From Balamuthia mandrillaris (Eukaryota), in assembly GCA_031835245.2 (NCBI GenBank), contig JAVKOQ020000040.1, forward strand, positions 124,001-188,000: DNA of 64,000 nt, in the 5' to 3' direction. How positions within the stretch are numbered: the stretch's first letter is position 1; every line of letters begins with the position of its first letter. Below the pieces are notes generated by a model. That model did no database searches and was not told the origin of the DNA. It saw only the letters and a list, made by a program, of their open reading frames with translations. Of the stretch, positions 14,962 to 26,559 are shown piece after piece. The position numbers and the translations under genes are program-made.

Positions 14962-15564
14962 TTTGATATCCTCTTTGTTTTTTTTTGCGTGTGTGTGTTT
15001 TTGCTGATGATGATGCTCTCTGCTCTTGTTTTGTTTTGCTGTTCTCTCTTTCTCTCTCTCTCTTTGTTTCCCAACAAAAATAATAACAAAAAAATAGGAA
15101 ACAAAAAAAAAACAGAGTCTCTTCTTTCGACAACAACAACAAACACTTGCACACCCCAAAACAACAACAAAAGAAAAGAAAAAGAAGAAAGAGAAAGAAG
15201 CGTCAACAAAAAAAACAGTGCAGAGAGCAGAAAAGATAAACCCAAAAATTGCCAATAAATTGTGTTTTTTTTTTCTGTTCTTCGTCTTCTTTGCGTTGGT
15301 CACTTTTTGGTTGCGCCGATAATTGAATATTTTTTTTTCTTTTGGTTCGTGAGCGTAACACCGTGCGACAGGAATTAATTAATAAAAATTCGACATTTGG
15401 TTAATAATGTCGTCAATAATTGGGGTTTTTAAGGAGTGCTGCCTGGTTACCTTACGGAAATGATCTCTTGCCTGTTTTCAGGCATTGCATCTGGCAACCT
15501 ACTACCTAATAGGCGAGTTGATCGCTTCAAATAGAAACGGCAGTTAGGGGAGGGCGCAAATCCG

Positions 15565-15636
15565 AGCCCCATGGTGTAGTTGGTAACATACCAGGTTTTG
15601 GTTCTGGTGCCCTCAGTTCGATTCTGGGTGGGGCTG
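15565..15636 (+). tRNA. tRNA-Gln (anticodon TTG), copy 1
   Basis: Cloverleaf with AGCCCCA/TGGGGCT acceptor, GTGT/ACAT D-stem, CCAGG-TTTTGGT-TCTGG anticodon arm and CTCAG-TTCGATT-CTGGG T-arm. Followed by a T-run (Pol III terminator). Confidence 0.93.
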
Positions 15637-15731
15637 CACATATTTTTTGTGTCCTTTATTTTTTTGTTGTCTTTATGTTTTTTTTTTCAGTTTTTGGTGT
15701 ACTTTGCTTTTGTAACGTTTGTTGTTTGTTG

Positions 15732-16610
15732 TTAACACAACTGCTTTTTTATTTCTGAAGATGAGGATGATTCTCGTTTCATAATTACAAAGAAAGCCAT
15801 AACACAGAGGAGCAGGTACTTGAGAGGAGGAAACTCGTTCATTACGATGGTTATATATCCAACGTATGGCAAAAACCTGTTTCATTCATCCGTGGTAATG
15901 CGTTACAAACACACTCAAGACCAACGCCAAAACAGCAAAGAGATACAACAAACGCGTACCCATGCACTTTGCCAATGAGGTGCTGTCGTTCGACCCACCG
16001 CATGTCGGGAGTATAAATGAGAGCCTTCCAGTCATCTAGTTCGTTATTGTCTCCTTTCGTCAGCGCTTCCAGTATTTCGTTCCCCTTTTCTGTCCTGTTG
16101 GTTCGTGTGGTTATGTGTTGGTTCATCTTGAAAGAGAGGACTTTATACCTTTGGTGAACATTGACAACACGATGAACAACAGGTATTTCTTTCGTTGGAA
16201 TTTTAAACACCACAATATCACCAACCGTTAGATTTGCAGGTGCCTCAGCCAAAAACAGAAGGTCTCCTTTGTAAAAGGCCGGCTGCATGCTGCCACTGTG
16301 TGAATGAACAAAGAAAAAACTTGAGAAGGAGACAACGACAAGCAGAAGAAGAAGAAGAACAAGAACAAGAAGAAGAGCACCTAAGAACAACAACGATAGG
16401 ACTATCGCTTCCAGAGATGAGGATCAAAGTTTTCCAAACGGCAAGCGCAGAGGCAACGATAAGCCCGAAAGAAATAGCTTGCCATGCAAACTGTACAAAC
16501 ATTCAGAACAACGTTAATCTTTTGTTTTTTTTTTTTTGGAAAAATGCAACACAACAACTCACTTCTCTCGGCCGCATAGGCAACAGCCCTTGTAACGTCA
16601 CCATCTGCAT
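15732..16610 (-). CDS. SEC11: Signal peptidase complex catalytic subunit SEC11
   Basis: [25 protein letters not shown] (catalytic Ser), IPVVHRVV (His), [21 protein letters not shown]. Multi-exon. Confidence 0.93.
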
Positions 16611-16730
16611 CGTTGTTGTATTTGCTGTTTCTAACTTTCTACACAACGGAAAAGTTAGAATTGAGAAATGCAAAACATGAAGCGTACAAAGTTATCATTA
16701 GGCAGAAAAAATTCCCCTTCCCCGTCCAAA

Positions 16731-16802
16731 AGCCCCATGGTGTAGTTGGTAACATACCAGGTTTTGGTTCTGGTGCCCTCAGTTCGATTCTGGGTGGGGC
16801 TG
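16731..16802 (+). tRNA. tRNA-Gln (anticodon TTG), copy 2
   Basis: 72 nt identical to 15565-15636, followed by cacatcttttt. Confidence 0.93.
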
Positions 16803-16955
16803 CACATCTTTTTAGGCCCAACATTATTGTTTCATGTCGTCATGGAACGTACAATATTTTGCTCCTCTCTCCTCTCTCCCCTCTCCTCTCTCCTCTCTCC
16901 TCTCTCTCTCCAGAAAGCATAGATAGATAATACAACAAAGTGCAAACGCTCTCCA

Positions 16956-19900
16956 TTACTTGGCCTCAAACAACTTCATCTTTTCAGGAATCCACTTGCG
17001 GAACTTCTCCAACAGCAGTTTTGCCTTTACGGGTTTGCTTATGTAATCGGTCATGCCCACATCCAAGCATTTCTGTCGATCATGAGAGAGTGCATTTGCT
17101 GTTTGTTGTTGTTGTGCGTGAAAGAAAGTTAGACAAAAAAGTGAATGCATGAACGAGAAAGCAACAAAACAACAGGAGGCACGTACCTGTAAGGGCAAGT
17201 ATTTTACAAGGTGGTTTGCCCATTTGCTTTTCTAACATTCGAATACACAATGTGGCCTCATAGCCGTCCATTATTGGCTTTGTTGGGTTGTTTTTAGTTT
17301 TTTTTAAAAAAAAGAGGTGAGATCTCACTAATGCTTTAAAGATGCAAAACAAAATGAGAAAATAAATAAATAAAAATCATAATACCATCATACAGTCCAT
17401 GAGTATAATGTCATATGTCCGGCATCTTCTGCCATCTGCTGTTTCGATTTCATGCTCCGCCTCGTTCATCATTGCATTGGTTATTTCCTCCACCGCTTCT
17501 TGTCCGTTTTGTGCCACATAATATTCGCAACCAGGAAGATAACTGTTGCAAGTGATACAACAATCAGGAGATGAAAAAACGAAGAGAGAATATAGAAGAG
17601 AAGCAAAGAAGCAGGGAAGCAGAGAACGAGAGAAAACGTATGGTACCGATCGATAACTCGCAGAAGCACTTTCTGGTTGATCCGGTTATCTTCAACAACT
17701 AAGATGCGAAGGGTTTCTTGAGAACGAGAGTTCTCATCCTCCTGACGACAGTTGTTCAGGGAGGGTAGATGGCCAGGAGTAGCTGCTTTGCGGTTTTGCT
17801 CACCTCTTCCTCCTCCTCCTCCATTTCCGGTTGCTCCTCCTTCTCTTTTGCCCCCTCTCTCCTCTATTTGATTGATTTCACCACTAAAATTGACCATCTT
17901 CTTCACTACACTGCCATTGCGTGCCACCGTCTGTTGAGATTCTCTGCGCGGCTCACTGTTCGCTTGTTTGTTATTGTTGTTATAATTGGTGCTGCTATTG
18001 CTGTTGTTGCTATCACCGTCATCATCGTCACTATCACTGCTATCATGGTTAGAAATGGGAAGACCCAAATCTTTCAGTGAGATGATTTCGTTCATGGCCT
18101 CGTCATCGGCAATGTCTCTCAGGCTGTTGATCTTGCTCAGTTTGTCGCGTGGGCTAAGTCCACCCGCCGAACTGGTTCGCAAAGAGGTGTAGGAAGCAGT
18201 TCTGTTGCTTTGTTGGTTGTTTCTGATTCTGTTGGTTTTGTTGTTGCTGCTAATGGATTCCATCATGAGCTGAGGAAACTTTTGCAAGTGCTTTTGGTTG
18301 GAGCGGAGGTATTCTTTCAGGTCAAAGTCGCGGGTGTGCCATGCACTGCCGCTGCTGCTTCGACGGGATAGGCGTTTTTGCATTATTCTCTCCTCCCTTT
18401 GTTTGTCCAAGAGCAAAGAAGGAGAGGAGCTGGGAGAAGCGAAAGAACGGTCTTGAGGGAAAAGAGAGGATAAGGCGCGTAATAAGCACCTCCGTTTCAC
18501 CGGCGTTGTGATCATCTATTGTTTATAATTTTGATGTAAGAATGAGAAACTACAAAAGAAAAAGAGGTGAACAAATACGTACTCTATCTACAAGTCCTGT
18601 ATCAACGCATTCCTTAGCCCTGCTCTTGCCAATCATAGAAGACACCAACACCAACAATGGGCGATAGGTGCTGAAACAGAAGGACTGAAGCTCAGGACAC
18701 ACAGATGGTCTCCTCACGGTTCCGCCTCTTCGTCGCGTAGTCTTCACCTCCTTTAGCTCCAACAACAAACTGAGATCCACAATCACAGCCCCCAAAGGAT
18801 TCTGAGCAGAGAACAAGTTATTGTCTGCGCTGCTGTCTTCTTCTGTTTCGGCTTGTTGTTGGCCAACGTTGTTGTTGTTGTTGCTTTGCTCTTGGCCAAA
18901 GCCATCCTCGTCTTGTTCTTGTGGTTCGTTCTCCGAGTAATCTTCTTGCTCCGTATCATCCGTATCCCAAGTCGTATCGTCGTTGCTTTCGGAACTGGTG
19001 GAATAGCGTTTTTGTTGAAGCGTGTATGGTGCCTTGTTGTTGTGGGACCCTTGGTCGTATAAGGCTGCAGCCTCCGCTGTGACCAGCATTGAAACGCTTG
19101 ACTTACGTAAGAGGCGAGGTTTGCCAGAAGAAGGAGCACCATCCTTCAGCTGCCTTTCTGGATAGCCAATATCATAGGAAGATGCTCTTCTCACTCGCTC
19201 TTCTTCTGCTGCTTCGCTGAAGATATCATTGCTGTCTGGTTGCCCTTTGGAGGAAGAGGAATTTAGACCTCCTCTTCGGGCCATCAAACGTTGACGAGCC
19301 ACGCGTGGGGTAGTTGGGTGTGAGTTGGCGTGTATTTTGCCCAGGTAGAAGCTTTTGCCGGCTTCTTGAAGTTTGGCAGAAACGTTCGTGCGAGGCAAAA
19401 AGTCATGTGGAGAGAGGTTACGCAAAATATGTTGAAGCTCCACCCTGTTCTCAGATGAAAGAGCAGAGAGGGTGTCAGAATCTGAAATAGGAAGAAAGAA
19501 AGAAGTACCGACCTAGAGGAACACTGGATAATATCCCAGTAGTTAAGAACACCTTCTGTAGTCAGTTTGGCGGTGATGTACTTCACCATAACGTTTCTGA
19601 CGGAGCAGTGTGGAATAGCAATAATCAACTTCTTCTTGATTATCTCTGAGTCCGCAGGCGCAGCACTTGAAATGTTCAACGGTGGCACCTGGTTAGCATG
19701 AATCTGCAACAAAGACATCAACTTTTGGTTCAGTTCTGACTCCTCGAGCTCTTCTTCTGCTACGGATGGCTCTGCTTTATCTTTCTCTTTTTGCTTGTTA
19801 TTTTCATCGCTTGGATCTCCCAAGGAAGAAGACGAAGAAGCAGACAAAGAAGAAGAGGAAGAAGATAATGAGGGAGCAGAAGTAGAGATGCGTCGAGGCA

Positions 19901-20781
19901 TCAACGAGTTGCGCCGAGAAGGAGCATTGGAATCAGAAGCGTCGGCGTTGAGCTCTAATTCCACTGTGGCGGTGAACGTAGATCCCTCCCCTACCACGCT
20001 TGTTATGTCTATCGTTCCGTTCATAAGCTGTACAATACGATTACAGATGACCAGTCCTAATCCCGTTCCTTTTTATTTTTTGTTAGCAAGTTGAGTGAGA
20101 GTGAGAGAGTGAGAGAGTGAGAGAGCGAGTTCTTAGGTCGGACCTTCGTACTTGCGTGATGTGCTGTTATCTATTTGAGTAAAGGGCTGGAATTGGAAAA
20201 GCTTTTCGATGGAATCCGGATGAATGCCTATTCCGGTATCCACTACTCTCATCTGGTACCGACCTTTTCTTTTTTTATCTTCGGTGTAGAACGGTGATCC
20301 ATCTTTGGCCATAGCGTCAATCAATCTCTGAGAGAAAAATGGTGACCAGAAAGAGAAGATAGTACTATACCGATGTATATCTCGACACGAACTTCTCCCT
20401 TGCTTGTAAATTTGATGGCATTGTTCACCAAGTTCAGCAATACTTGTGCCAAACGACCAGGATCACCTCGCACAGACCTTGTGATGTGGAATGTTTGTGT
20501 GTTAAAAGCGATGAGCCAAAGCGAGAGAAGAGGGAAGCATAGGAGCAGAGGGCACCTTGGAATATCCGGATCCACGTAACACACCAACTCCAGGTCCTTC
20601 TTTTGAGCTTGCAACACCAACACATCACAAACGCTCTCCACACACTTTTCCAAATCAAAATGGAGGTCTTTCAGGACCACTTGAGTAGCTTCCAGTTTGC
20701 TAAAGTCCAAAATGTCGTTCACAATTCCCAACAATATTCCTCCTTTTTATTTGTTTGCCCATCAGTTTCATCAAGCAGAAT

Positions 20782-20822
<41 letters not shown>

Positions 20823-21696
20823 AAAGAGGGCTAGTAAGAGAACGAGTAAAAGAGAGAGAAGAGAGAAAGAAAGAGAGGGAAAGAGAGCGAGAGAGCGAGA
20901 GAAGAGAGAAAGAGAGAGGGAGGGAGCGAGAGAAGAGAGAGAGAAACATACCAGAAGCTCTTATGGTCCTAACGAGGTCCTTCTGGGAGGGCGTTAGCGC
21001 CTCGTCAGCCAGCAAGCTGGTCATCGTGATGATGCCACATAGAGGGGTGCGGATCTCATGCGACATATTGGCCAGAAAGATGGACTTGGCCTTGGCGGCC
21101 TCCTCCGCTCTGTCCTTGGCCAGGATGAGCTCTCGCTCGTAGTCTTCCCTGTTGAGAAAGTCGGAGGGAGAGCAAGAGGGCGTGGGCAACGAGCCGGCAG
21201 AAGCGGTCAAAGAAGAAGAGGAAGAGGAAGGAGAGGAAGAGAGGGAAAATGAAGAAGCAGCGGAAGACTTGAGAGAGATAAAGTCTTGAATGGAAATGCT
21301 TCGAGTGACTTGGGGTTGCGTGGAGGAAGAGGAAGAAGACGAAGAGCCGGAAGAAAGAGAACGAGGAAGAGAGGAAGCACCAGTGGGGAGGTGAGCGTTG
21401 TTTTCGTTTGCTGCTTTTCGGGTGATGGAGGGAGAGGAGGACGAGGAGGAGGAAGCAGCAGCATTGGAGGGGACAAAAGAGGTGGAGAAGCGAGTCTGAG
21501 AGAGCTCCTCCGTGGCAACGATCTGAAGGCAGCTGTTGGGCTCGCCGTCCTCGTGGTTGACCCGAAGGGAGAGCTCCACCTGCCACGGCCCTATGCGGAC
21601 CACCGTTCGTTCTTCTTTGTTGCCCTTCACGCTCCCTCCCTCCGTTGTGGCTGTAGCGGCGGCGGCTGTGTCATGGCTCTCTTCTGTCTCCGTCAT
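16956..21696 (-). CDS. Soluble hybrid sensor histidine kinase (HisKA + HATPase_c + degenerate REC + REC)
   Basis: H-box [23 protein letters not shown]-box [15 protein letters not shown]1 DTGIGI, F-box PFTQID, G2 GTGLGL, GEGSTF. Receiver [11 protein letters not shown]...[14 protein letters not shown]...ALTANA...DYISKP. Confidence 0.93.
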
Positions 21697-22143
21697 GCCT
21701 TCCTTCTGTTTGTTCTACTATTTTGATTATTTGATTTTAACGAATTGAATCGATCGATTTGTTGAGGGGACAAAGAACGTACCGCTTTTTTGCAGCGAGC
21801 AGCGGTAGGAGAGTAACAGAAAGAGAGAGAGAGAGAGATATATAAAATTATTTTTTTTTTACGACTTCTTCTTTTGCTGTTACAATACTTTCTTCTAATT
21901 TTTTTTAAGTCGGCGATTTTCACTCCTAAAAATGGAGAAAATATGACGTCAGGATGTCAATTTAAGGGAATTGTGCACCGTTATGGAAAAATTTGTGGCG
22001 TCGCCATGACGATCCCATAGTAACGGTTTCTTAGCAACGGATCGCGGGGAATTTATATCTAAATGGAATTTCCCGAGCAACGCGTAAACGCACGGTGCTT
22101 GCATTTTTGTTATTTATTAATAAAAAATAAAAATAAAAAATTG

Positions 22144-25100
22144 TTAGGCGGCATTCTTCAGGGTGGACGCGATGTCTGCAAAGGTAGGCCTATACGACAT
22201 GAAAAAGTTTTTAAAAAAATAAAATAAAATATTAGAGCAGACGAGGCGGAGAAGAGAAGATGAAGCGGAGGAAAAAAAAACCTGGCTTGCGGCGAAGAAG
22301 ACCAACATTGCTGCATCACCTTGGCCGGCACTTTGGGGGCGTCCTGAGGGATGGTCAAACGGGTGCCCTTCTCGCAGATTTCGATGGCGGCTTTGACCAC
22401 GTTCAGCCCATCGAAGGGCTCTTCCCCTTTGGTCACTATTTCCCACAAACATACTCCATAGCTTTGTTGTTTGGGAAAAGAAGTCGTGTGTATTGTGAGT
22501 GTATGGACCTCATGAGGCAAACCATAAACATAAACACGGAGAGGGAAGGAGACTGCAAAACCTCCAAACATCAGACTTTTCAGAATACTCCAACTCAGAA
22601 ATGGCCTCCGGCGACATCCTGTGAAATTCACAAGAATGTAAGAGAATGTACATTCATAATGGGATACGGATACACGCTCAACCCACCATTTCAGCGGACC
22701 AACTTCAATGGTGGTTTTTTGAGCTGCACTCTCGCCTTCTCGTTTGCGAGACAAACCAAAGTCTGAACATGACGGTCAACAACAGAGGGTTTAAACTTTT
22801 GAAATAACAAAACGAACCAGAAACTTTGACGTTCAGCTGTGCAGTGAGAAGGAGGTTGCGAGCAGCCAGATCGCGATGTGTTATCCCTTCTTTGTGAAGA
22901 TGCCTCAGTCCCGCTGTTGAATGAGCAGGTTTATAAGCGCATGAAGACGCAACCGAAACAACGGGCACAATAAAACTACAGATAGAGATAGAGAAGCAGA
23001 GGAGTAACGAACCAGCAATATCAATTGCCCATTGAATCATTTGGGATGGCTCGATATCGTCTGCATGTGTACGAAGGTAGGACAAAAGGTTTCCCATTTG
23101 CATGAACTCCGTCACTATACATTTGGGGCTATCTTCGCCGCTGCACACGCCATAAAGCTGAATCACGTTGGCATGCGGCCTCAATCCTCTAAAGACAACA
23201 AAGCAATGTTCAGCAACAAAGAGAAGGAGAACAGAGCGAAGAAGAAGAATATGGTACTTCATGACGAGAGCCTCAGCACGGAAGTCATCCAGCTCGTGCT
23301 CATCCATGCCGTTTAGCTTTTTGACGGCCACTTCTGAATCTCTCCAAATGGCTCTCCACACCACTCCGAACGCCCTGTTACCCAATGGTTAATAGATGAA
23401 TGAGGGCGAAGCAGAAACAGGATTAGAACTGAGGCAAAGTACCCTCGTCCGATCTCTTCCTGGAACTCCAGCTCAGAGAATTCAATCTCCCAGGTGCGCG
23501 ACTCATCCCCGCTTCCTCTCTTGCGTTCACTTCTGGTTTGGCCTTTGCCTGTCTTTTCACCCGAAGGGGCAGCGTACATCGAATCCGTTCCACTCTCCAG
23601 GTCTTCCACTGTCTTTTGCTTCTGTCTGTTGTTTCTTCTTCTCACTAAAACTACTATAGCGACCACCACCAACACCAACACAACGCAAACGACAACAACG
23701 GAAGCGATGACCTCGGCTCCAACTCCTTCGTTGTCACTCGACTTGTTGCCTCCTTCATCGTTGGACCCATCAGGTTCTGCGGAGACAGCACCTGGAAACG
23801 AGAGTTGGAGTGCGACATCGGGAGAGAGGAACGCGTTGGTTGGTTGGCCAAAGGAAAGAAGCAATCCTTCCCCAGTTTGTCGCTTCTTCCTTTCTTCTGA
23901 CACTTTAAACGCGACTTAGTGTTAAGAGAACCATGTGGCACGAGCTGAGGATGGACCTACCGTTAAACACAAAGTTGGTGGTTGTGATGACCACTTCTAT
24001 GCTAAGCTCGGAGGTGTTGGCAGCAAACACCAACGGACTTTCGGGTTGGATCGTGAAGGAAACGTTTTGTTCGCTTGTTCCATCGTAAACAGCTTCGAGG
24101 CTCAAAGAAACGTCTTGTTGCGGAGAAGCGGAGAGTTGCACTACGAACGCGATGGTCTCGTTTGTTATGAAAGGAGCATCGGAGATATTCACTACTAAAG
24201 CATCCAGAAGATGAACATACAAGGACCCCATTTGTCCGTCTGGTCCGGCAGTGTCATAAGACACAGCGTTAGAAACAAAAAGAGAAGCAAAACATTGAAA
24301 GAGCGAGAATGAGGAACGGAGAGGGCGGTTAGAAGTACCAGTAACGTAGTTGGTGACAGCAAGGTCAGGAATGCCATCGCTGTTTATGTCTCCAAGGGGA
24401 GCCACCGCCGTTCCAAAGCCTGGCTCATCTCCTTGAATGGTTGAGTGGTGTTTGACCGTCCCATCCTCATTTTCAGACAATATGGTGCCCAAAGCTGGTG
24501 TCGTTGTTGCGTTTTTGTTGCAAGTATTCCTCTTCAGAGACAAAGTCGGAGAGGTACAGTTCCTGCCATGCTTTGATTTCGCCAGCAGCTGTCAACATGA
24601 GGATTATAACAGTACCTAGACCGTCGTCTTCGCCACCAATGCGAACAGCCATGTCTGGTACGGAGTCGCCGTCAATGTCCCCTAACCCTTGTTTATTGTG
24701 TTGTTGTTTGCGAGATAAACGATAAGCAGAAGAAGGAAGAGAAGCAGAAGCAGAAGCAGAAGCAGAAGAAGAAGAAGAAGAAGAAGAAGAAGAAGAAGAA
24801 GAAGAAGAAGAAGAAGAAGAAGAAGAAGAAGAAGAACAACAACAACAACAAGAGGATGTACCAGAACTGCAGGTCCCAAATTCTATGGAGGAGTTGGAGC
24901 CCGTCGGATTGTGGGGTGGAGTGTTGGAGAAGTAGGTATTCTCCTCCCCAAAGAAGACGATGTAGACGGTGTTGGAATCTGGGTCCCCAAAGGCCATGTC
25001 TTCAATACCATCCCCATTCACATCTCCGAGAGTGCTGTCAATATAAGGTTGAAAGGTTTAGCGATAGCATTCCTCTAGATAAGCAGATGACTTACGTCCA

Positions 25101-26012
25101 TGAAGCCCCGATTGCATAGAAGTTGGGAGCACCCCGTTCCCCGGCTGTGAAAAATGTGGTCGCATTATACGCCACCCCTTCTGCGTCCAAATGCACCCAT
25201 CTCACTGTTCGTAGAACGAGAGCATTCTCCATTGAATAAAAATACACTAAAAAGGCAGATGAACCACAAGGCACAGAGAAGGGAAGGCAGAAAAACAAGC
25301 AACTGACCTATTCCCGGTCCTGAGAACGCTTCGTCTACGTCGGCAACCAGCAGCTCGGGTCGTTCGTCTCCATCAATGTCTGGGATGACCTCCATGCCAA
25401 GCCCAAAGAGCAAGGTGGAGTCATAGCCGACATCGTCAAAGACCGGATAGTTGTACGCATAGTCGCTTACGACGTGCCCCGTCTCGTTGAGCTCCATGAA
25501 AATAACAGCTCCTTCCGTTTGGCCAGAGTACGCCGGATACGAGTTGTTGTAATAGTCTGTTTTGTTGGTGTTGCTTTATTAAAAAGAACTACAGAAAGGA
25601 ATGTGAAAGAGGGATGCCAAAAAGTTACACATATAAGGCGCTGAAACGGCCAAATGGATGGGTCCGTCCTCGGTCATGGAACCCAAAGACTTGACCTTCC
25701 ATCCAAAGAGGTTTCCCAACGGGTCAACATAGGATTGGTTGGCCCCAAAGAGTGGCGTTTGGAGACCACCTTTCCCGTTGAAATGGTTGCTCTTTCCTTG
25801 ACTCCCCAATCCCCAGCCACCAAACCTGAAAGCATAACTGCTCGCCATAGAAGGAGAGAGAAAGAGAAAGAGAAAGAGAAAAGAGAAGAAGAAGAGTAAA
25901 TATCCTATCATCAGTCTATGACAATAAAACAAAGGGCGAGAGAGAAGAAAAAAAATATCGTACCGAAGGTCAGCAACAGTAATCTACATAGCATCTTAGC
26001 AGTAACCGACAT
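22144..26012 (-). CDS. FG-GAP/Calx-beta-like receptor tyrosine-kinase-like protein, copy 1 (frameshifted ectodomain; possible pseudogene or truncated form)
   Basis: Signal peptide, DxD/NxDG FG-GAP repeats, TM VIASVVVVCVVLVLVVVAIVVLV-RRR, kinase motifs [22 protein letters not shown] and GPLKWMSPE. In-frame TGA at 24473-24475 after a deletion relative to copy 2. Confidence 0.8.
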
Positions 26013-26559
26013 CCTCCTTCTCTTCAACCTTGTTCTGTGTACCACAAAAAATAAAACCGAACAACAACGGGGATGCCAACAACGTAAGCAACAAGCGGAT
26101 GTTCCACTAATTGGGCATCCTATAATGAATTACATGCAGCTTATCGTCTTAATGGCTTTTAATCCACGTTCTCGGCTGACCATGCGAATGCAGAGCCGAG
26201 GGTGAGAACAGTTGGGTTAGTTCTTCTTACGAAGAGAGTTTTTTTTTAACACATGTGCCGCCTCTTTTTTTAAGTATTCAATCGTGATGAATTGTAATGT
26301 TATTCCACGTTGCAACTAACAAAGTGTATTCTTATATAAGCCCCAACGTTCATGGCTGTGAGGTGAGAAAGAAAAAGGATAAAATGACGAAGCAATGAAG
26401 CAAACACGCCCACAATGAAAGAGGAGAAAGATAAAAAGAATAAAACATGAGAAAGAAAGAGTGCTGCACAACGAGCTACTGGTAAAAGCAGTTTAGCACG
26501 CACTTGATTGAAAAAGCCAACTGAGAACATAAATAATAAAAACTCGTGTTGGTTTGCTT

